A DNA stretch of 63,486 nucleotides, counting the filler, from Thermodesulfobacteriota bacterium (lineage in GTDB: Bacteria > DASVDK01): the NCBI GenBank assembly GCA_036381125.1. It is 6 parts of 6 records of this genome, joined end to end, with 100 filler letters (N's around TTAATTAATTAA, not from the genome) between each part and the next. Parts side by side here need not be neighbours in the genome. Positions count along the whole stretch, not along the records: positions 45,345 to 63,486 come from DASVDK010000358.1; 5 more parts are not named here. One strand, written 5' to 3'. The notes below the pieces were generated by a model. That model did not search any database, was not told the origin of the DNA, and worked only from the letters and a program-made list of their open reading frames with translations. Below, piece by piece: positions 58,406 to 63,486 of the stretch. The position numbers and the translations under genes were made by a program. Numbering within the stretch: the stretch's first letter is position 1; each line of letters begins with the position of its first letter.

Positions 58406-59304
58406 GCCTGGCCGGCCTCACGACGAGGGTCCTCGCCCGCTTCGAGTACGCCGCGCCGACCTCGCTCGAGGCGGCGCTGGACCTCCTCGGCCGCCACGGC
58501 GAGGCGGCGCGGCCGCTCGCGGGCGGCACCGACCTCCTCCTCCAGATGCGGCGCGGCCGCATGCGCCCGGCCGTCCTGGTGGACCTCAAGCGGGTGCCGG
58601 GCCTGGCCGGGATCGAGAACGGCGGCGGCCTGCGGATCGGCGCCCTCGCGTCCCACGCCGACCTCGTCGCCTCCCCGCTCGCCGCCGCGCCGGCGCGCCG
58701 GGCGCTCGCCGAGGCGGCCCGCTGCGTGTCCGGCCCGCAGATCCGAAACCGCGGCACGGTCGGCGGCAACCTCTGCAACGCCTCGCCGGCGGCCGACCTG
58801 GCGCCCCCCCTCCTCGCGCTCGGCGCCGCGGTGGAGGTGGCGCGCCGCGGCGCGCCGGTCCGGACGCTCCCGGCCGAGCGGCTCTTCGCCGGCCCCGGCC
58901 GGACGGTCCTCTCGCCCGGCGACCTGCTCGTCGGGATCGCGCTGCCGGCCGCGGCGGCGCGCACCGGGAGCGCCTACGAGCGGGCGACGCGGGTCGCCAT
59001 CGACATCGCGCTCGTGGGGGTCGCCGCCTGCGTGACGCTGGCCGCCGACGGGACCGTGGCCGAGGCGCGGGTCGCCCTCGGCGCGGTCGCGCCGACGCCG
59101 ATCCTCGCCGCCGGCGCCGCGGCCGCGCTCGTCGGGCGCGCCCCCGAGCCGGCCGCGCTCGCCGCCGCGGCCCGGGCGGCCGCGGCCGACGCCCGGCCCA
59201 TCACCGCCGTCCGCGCGTCGGCCGACTACCGGCGCCACATGGTCGAGGTGCTCGCCCGTCGCGCCCTCGCTCGGGCCGTCGCCGCGGCCCGGAGCCCACG
59301 ATGA
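58402..59304 (+). CDS. Xanthine dehydrogenase family FAD-binding subunit
   Basis: LAGGTDL, QIRNRGTVGGNLCNASPAAD, RASADYRR. Confidence 0.92.
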   Translation: MSLAGLTTRVLARFEYAAPTSLEAALDLLGRHGEAARPLAGGTDLLLQMRRGRMRPAVLVDLKRVPGLAGIENGGGLRIGALASHADLVASPLAAAPARRALAEAARCVSGPQIRNRGTVGGNLCNASPAADLAPPLLALGAAVEVARRGAPVRTLPAERLFAGPGRTVLSPGDLLVGIALPAAAARTGSAYERATRVAIDIALVGVAACVTLAADGTVAEARVALGAVAPTPILAAGAAAALVGRAPEPAALAAAARAAAADARPITAVRASADYRRHMVEVLARRALARAVAAARSPR

Positions 59305-61616
59305 ACGAGAGCGGTCTGATCGGCCAGCGGGTCCTCCCCCAGGACGCCCGCGAGAAGGCGGGCGGGGAGATCCGCTACCTGCCCGACATGGCGTTCCCCG
59401 GCCTGCTGGTCGGCAAGGTGCTGCGCAGCCCCCACCCGCACGCCCTCGTGCGGCGCATCGACGCGTCGAAGGCGAGGCGCGTGCCGGGCGTGCGCGCGGT
59501 CGTGACGCGCGAGAACACGCCGAAGGTCCACTTCGGCATCGTCCTCAAGGACGAGCTGCCGCTCGCGCACGAGAAGGTGCGCTACGTCGGCGACGAGGTC
59601 GCGGCGGTCGCGGCCGAGAGCGAGGAGGCGGCGCTCGAGGGGCTCGCGGCGATCGAGGTCGAGTACGAGCCGTTGCCGGCGGTGTTCGACCTGGAGGCGG
59701 CCATCGCCGAGGAGGCGCCGCTCGTCCACGACAACGCCCCCCGCAACGTGCCGGGCGGGGTCCACGTCGAGCGGGGCGACGTCGAGACCGAGATGGCCCG
59801 CGCGTACAGGGTCGTCGAGGGGCGCTACGAGACGCCGATGATGCACCAGGCGGCGCTCGAGCCGATCTGCTGCGTGGCCGACTGGCGCGAGGGGACGCTC
59901 TCCCTGTGGGGCCCCTTCCAGAGCCCGTTCCTCATCCGCCAGTACCTGCTCGCCGCGCCGCTCGGGCTCTCCCTCTCGCAGATCCGCCTCTACCAGACCA
60001 TGGTCGGCGGCGCCTTCGGCGGCAAGCTCGACCAGCGCCACTACCTCGTCTGCGCCCTCCTCGCCATGGAGGCGGGCCGCCCGGTGCGCCTGCTGAACAC
60101 GCTCGAGGAGGAGCTGATCGCGACGCGGCCGCGCATGGCGGCCATCATCCGGCTGCGGACCGGCTGGAGCCGCGAGGGGAGGCTCCTCGCCAAGCAGGTG
60201 CGCATCCTCGCCGACAACGGCGCCTACACGAGCCTCTCGCTGCCGATCCTCTCGTCGATGTCGATGCGGACCGACTCGGTCTACCGGACCCCCTGCGTCT
60301 CGGTGAACGCCGACCTGGTCTACACGAACACCTGCCCCTCGGGCCAGATGCGGGGCTTCGGCAACGTGCAGGCGACCTTCGCCTTCGAGAGCCACCTCGA
60401 CGAGGTGGCCGACGTGCTCGGGATCGACCCGGTCGACCTCAGGCTCGCCAACGCGACCCGGCCGGGGGACGTCTCGGTCCACGGCTGGAAGATGCTCTCC
60501 TGCGGCCTCTCGGAGGCGATCACCGCCGCAGCCGAGCGGATCGGCTGGACGGAGAAGCGGGGCCGGGCGCGGCGCGGGGGGGGCGAGGGCCCGCTGCGCC
60601 GCGGGGTCGGGCTCGCCGGCAACATGCACGTCACCTCCAACAAGCCGTTCGCCACGTCGATCACCGGCTACGACTTCGACGGCTCGGCCGCCCTCGTGCG
60701 GGTCCACGAGGACGGGCGGGTCACCGTCCTCACCGGCGAGGTCGACCTCGGCGAGGGGGTCACGACGACGCTCGGCATCATCGCCGCCGAGGAACTGGGC
60801 GTGCCGCTCGACCGCGTCCGGGTGGCGAACGTCGACACCGAGGTCGCCCCCTACGGGCTCGGCACCTACGCCTCCCGTGTGACCTTCATGGCCGGCAACG
60901 CCGTGCGGGTCGCGGCCGCCGACGCCAGGCGGCAGCTCCTCGAGGTGGCGGCGCGCGTCCTCGACGCGCCCGCCTCCGAGCTCGACGTGAAGGACGGGGT
61001 CATCTCGGTGAAGGGCTTCCCCCACCGGCGGCTTACCGTCGCCGAGGCGGCGCAGCGCGGCTTCGCCCTCGGCCTCACGAACGTCGTCGGCCGGGGCGAG
61101 TTCCACTCCGAGCCGGGCCCGATGGACGTCAAGGCCAAGTACGGCAACCAGACGATGACCTACTCCTTCGCCTGCCACGCGGCCGAGGTCGAGGTGGACG
61201 TCGAGACGGGCCGGGTGCGCGTCCTCAAGGTCGTCGCCGCGCACGACCTCGGCCGCGTCATCAACCGGCTCGGCGCCGAGGGGCAGATCGACGGCGGCGT
61301 CACCCAGGGGATCGGCTTCGCGCTGGTCGAGGAGCTGATCCGCACGGACGGGGTGATCCGCAACCCCTCGTTCCTCGACTACAAGATCCCGAGCAGCCTC
61401 GACGCGCCGCCGGTCGTCGAGAAGGTCTTCGTGGAGACGATCGACCCGGCGGGCCCGCACGGCGCCAAGGGGCTCGCCGAGACGGCGATCAACCCGACCG
61501 CCGCGGCCGTCGCCAACGCCATCGCCGACGCGATCGGCGTCCGGATCCGCTCGGTCCCGATCACCCCCGAGAAGATCCTCGGGGCTCTCGGGACGCTCAA
61601 CGGAGGTCGAGCGTGA
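59301..61616 (+). CDS. Xanthine dehydrogenase family molybdopterin-binding subunit
   Basis: RSPHPHA, VGGAFGGK, MRGFGNVQ, GTYASR, GQIDGG, GAKGLAE. Confidence 0.94.
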   Translation: MNESGLIGQRVLPQDAREKAGGEIRYLPDMAFPGLLVGKVLRSPHPHALVRRIDASKARRVPGVRAVVTRENTPKVHFGIVLKDELPLAHEKVRYVGDEVAAVAAESEEAALEGLAAIEVEYEPLPAVFDLEAAIAEEAPLVHDNAPRNVPGGVHVERGDVETEMARAYRVVEGRYETPMMHQAALEPICCVADWREGTLSLWGPFQSPFLIRQYLLAAPLGLSLSQIRLYQTMVGGAFGGKLDQRHYLVCALLAMEAGRPVRLLNTLEEELIATRPRMAAIIRLRTGWSREGRLLAKQVRILADNGAYTSLSLPILSSMSMRTDSVYRTPCVSVNADLVYTNTCPSGQMRGFGNVQATFAFESHLDEVADVLGIDPVDLRLANATRPGDVSVHGWKMLSCGLSEAITAAAERIGWTEKRGRARRGGGEGPLRRGVGLAGNMHVTSNKPFATSITGYDFDGSAALVRVHEDGRVTVLTGEVDLGEGVTTTLGIIAAEELGVPLDRVRVANVDTEVAPYGLGTYASRVTFMAGNAVRVAAADARRQLLEVAARVLDAPASELDVKDGVISVKGFPHRRLTVAEAAQRGFALGLTNVVGRGEFHSEPGPMDVKAKYGNQTMTYSFACHAAEVEVDVETGRVRVLKVVAAHDLGRVINRLGAEGQIDGGVTQGIGFALVEELIRTDGVIRNPSFLDYKIPSSLDAPPVVEKVFVETIDPAGPHGAKGLAETAINPTAAAVANAIADAIGVRIRSVPITPEKILGALGTLNGGRA

Positions 61617-62098
61617 CGACCATTCGCCTCACGGTGAACGGCGAGGCGCGCGAGGCGCAGGTGGACCCGCGCACCACCCTGCTCCACTTCCTGCGGGAGG
61701 CGCTCCACCTCACCGGCACCAAGGAGTCGTGCGCCGAGGGGGAGTGCGGCGCCTGCACGGTCTGGCTCGACGGGCGGACGGTGAACGCCTGCCTGGTCTT
61801 CGCCGTCGAGGCCGACGGGCGCGAGGTCACGACCATCGAGGGCCTGCGGAGCGGCCGGGCCCGGCCGCTCATCGAGGCGCTCGCCGCCCTGGGCGGGGTA
61901 CAGTGCGGGTTCTGCGTCCCGGGCATCGTCATGTCGGCCGCGAAGCTGCTCGAGACGACGCCGAACCCCACTCGCGAGGACGTTCTCGTCGGGCTCTCGG
62001 GCAACCTCTGCCGGTGCACCGGGTACCAGAAGATCATCGAGGCCATTCTGACCGTGGCGCACGCCCCCGCGGCGGCGCCTGGTGGAGACCGTTCATGA
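61613..62098 (+). CDS. Xanthine dehydrogenase family 2Fe-2S subunit
   Basis: GTKESCAEGECGACTV..NACL, QCGFCVPG, GNLCRCTGY; GTG at 61613. Confidence 0.94.
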   Translation: MTTIRLTVNGEAREAQVDPRTTLLHFLREALHLTGTKESCAEGECGACTVWLDGRTVNACLVFAVEADGREVTTIEGLRSGRARPLIEALAALGGVQCGFCVPGIVMSAAKLLETTPNPTREDVLVGLSGNLCRCTGYQKIIEAILTVAHAPAAAPGGDRS

Positions 62099-62862
62099 CC
62101 CTTCGCATCGACTTCAACTCCGACATGGGCGAGTCGTTCGGCCAGTTCAAGATGGGCGACGACGAGGCGATCCTCGATCACGTCTCGTCGGCCAACCTCG
62201 CCTGCGGCTGGCACGGCGGCGACCCGCTCACCATGCGCAGGACCGTCTTCATGGCGGTCAAGAAGGGGGTCAACGTCGGCGCCCACCCGAGCTACCCGGA
62301 CCTCATGGGCTTCGGGCGGCGCGTCATGCAGCTCACGCCGGAGGAGGCGCACAACTACATGGTCTACCAGCTCGGCGCCCTTGCCGCGTTCTGCAAGGCG
62401 GCCGGCACGACCATGCAGCACGTGAAGCCCCACGGCGCCCTCTTCAACGCCGCCCAGGACGACCCGGTCCTCGCCGAGGGGCTCGTCACGGGCATCAAGG
62501 AGGTCGACCCGAAGCTCATCGTGGTCGCCCTGCCCGGCTCCGAGGTCGACAAGGCCGCCACGAGGATCGGCCTCAAGGTGGCCCGCGAGGGCTTCGCCGA
62601 CCGGGAGTACACCGACGACGGCCGGCTCATGCCGCGCACGGTGAAGGGCTCGGTCATCCACGACCCGAAGCGGATCGCCGATCGGGTCATCCAGATGGTG
62701 AAGGGCAGGCTCGTCGCGATGAGCGGCAAGCCCCTGGACGTCGAGGTGCAGACCATCTGCCTGCACAGCGACACGCCGGGCGCAGGCGACCTGGCACGAA
62801 CCATCCGGAGCGCCGTCGAGGCCGCCGGCGTCCGGGTGACTCCCATGCGGGAACTGGTCTAG
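62095..62862 (+). CDS. pxpA: 5-oxoprolinase subunit A-like (LamB/YcsF family)
   Basis: DFNSDMGESFG, SANLACGWHGGDP, GAHPSYPDLMGFGRR, HVKPHGAL, TICLHSDTPG. Confidence 0.9.
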   Translation: MTLRIDFNSDMGESFGQFKMGDDEAILDHVSSANLACGWHGGDPLTMRRTVFMAVKKGVNVGAHPSYPDLMGFGRRVMQLTPEEAHNYMVYQLGALAAFCKAAGTTMQHVKPHGALFNAAQDDPVLAEGLVTGIKEVDPKLIVVALPGSEVDKAATRIGLKVAREGFADREYTDDGRLMPRTVKGSVIHDPKRIADRVIQMVKGRLVAMSGKPLDVEVQTICLHSDTPGAGDLARTIRSAVEAAGVRVTPMRELV

Positions 62863-63000
62863 CGGCGCTGCGCGTTCGCCCGGGCCGCGAAGGCAGCAAC
62901 GTGGCCCGTCAGGCAACGCCCGAGGTGTGCGCGCACGCGGCAAACGAGCCGGCCGGGCCCTCCGGGCCCGGCAACCGGCTGTAACGCAGGAGGTCCAGTC

Positions 63001-63486
63001 ATGCGTTCCCCGACCCGCGTGCTCGCGGCCCTCACGGCCGCCGCTCTCGCGACCGGCTTCGGTCCGGCCGCGCCCGACGCCGAGGCCCAGCTCAAGATCG
63101 GCGTCATCCAGCCGCTCTCGGGGCCGGTCGCGGCCTCCGGGAACTACGTCGTCAGCGGCGCGAAGATCGCCGCCGACGAGGTCAACGAGAAGGGCGGGGT
63201 CCTCGGCGGCAAGCTCGAGCTCCTCGTCGAGGACAACAAGAGCGACCCGGCCGAGGCGGTCAACGCGGCCGAGAAGCTCATCCAGCGCGACCGTGTGCCG
63301 GTGCTGATCGGCGCGTGGGGCTCGTCCATGACGCTCGCCGTCATGCCGAAGCTGCAGCAGTACGGCGTGCCGATGGTCGTCGAGACCTCCTCCTCGGGCA
63401 AGATCACCAAGCAGGGCAACCCGTACGTCTTCCGCATCAGCCCGACCTCCGAGATGGAGGCGATCGGCATCGGCCCCCACCTGACG
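63001..63486 (+). CDS. Branched-chain amino acid-type ABC substrate-binding protein (runs off window)
   Basis: Signal peptide; LKIGVIQPLSGPVAASG, GGVLGGKLELLVEDNKSDP, NPYVFRI. Confidence 0.9.
   Translation, partial: MRSPTRVLAALTAAALATGFGPAAPDAEAQLKIGVIQPLSGPVAASGNYVVSGAKIAADEVNEKGGVLGGKLELLVEDNKSDPAEAVNAAEKLIQRDRVPVLIGAWGSSMTLAVMPKLQQYGVPMVVETSSSGKITKQGNPYVFRISPTSEMEAIGIGPHLT

Noticed and set aside
58402-62098. 4-hydroxybenzoyl-CoA reductase or aerobic CO dehydrogenase
   Set aside because: FAD subunit lacks the 4Fe-4S insert; the large subunit has MRGFG rather than the CoxL AYxCSFR motif

Overview
Very GC-rich bacterial DNA (gene order and content resemble Deltaproteobacteria-like lineages; this is inference). 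It consists of six contig pieces joined by 100-bp N/TTAATTAATTAA spacers, so adjacency across spacers is meaningless. Piece 1 (1-14325): pheA-hisC-aroF-tyrA-aroA-cmk-rpsA operon; a divergent three-gene Fap-like export module (secreted Lys/His/Asp-rich peptide with a double-glycine-type leader, C39 peptidase, FapF-like outer-membrane barrel); a TAXI-TRAP transporter; a ThDP enzyme. Piece 2: XdhC/MocA, hyi-glxR glyoxylate/glycerate genes, a sulfite-oxidase-like Mo protein, a Y1 transposase relic. Piece 3: CBS proteins, an FNR-like box and a clade II nitrous oxide reductase cluster (cyt c-nosZ-nosB-nosD-nosF-nosL, no nosY seen). Piece 4: radC, MinD/FlhG-like ATPase, J-HTH protein, rluD, pgeF, coaE, rho, rpmE. 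Piece 5: MCP and an SPFH/Zn-ribbon pair. Piece 6: a TAXI-TRAP-linked glycine/sarcosine/betaine-reductase-family cluster with two selenoproteins (GrdB and GrdA, in-frame UGA missed by the ORF track) and decayed neighbours, followed by a GntR-led catabolic operon (MDR dehydrogenase, CoA-transferase, xanthine-dehydrogenase-family Mo enzyme, pxpA, ABC binding protein). The top candidates for novelty are the non-amyloid Fap-like peptide export system and the selenoprotein reductase island. All family calls are from motif recognition by eye, not database searches.
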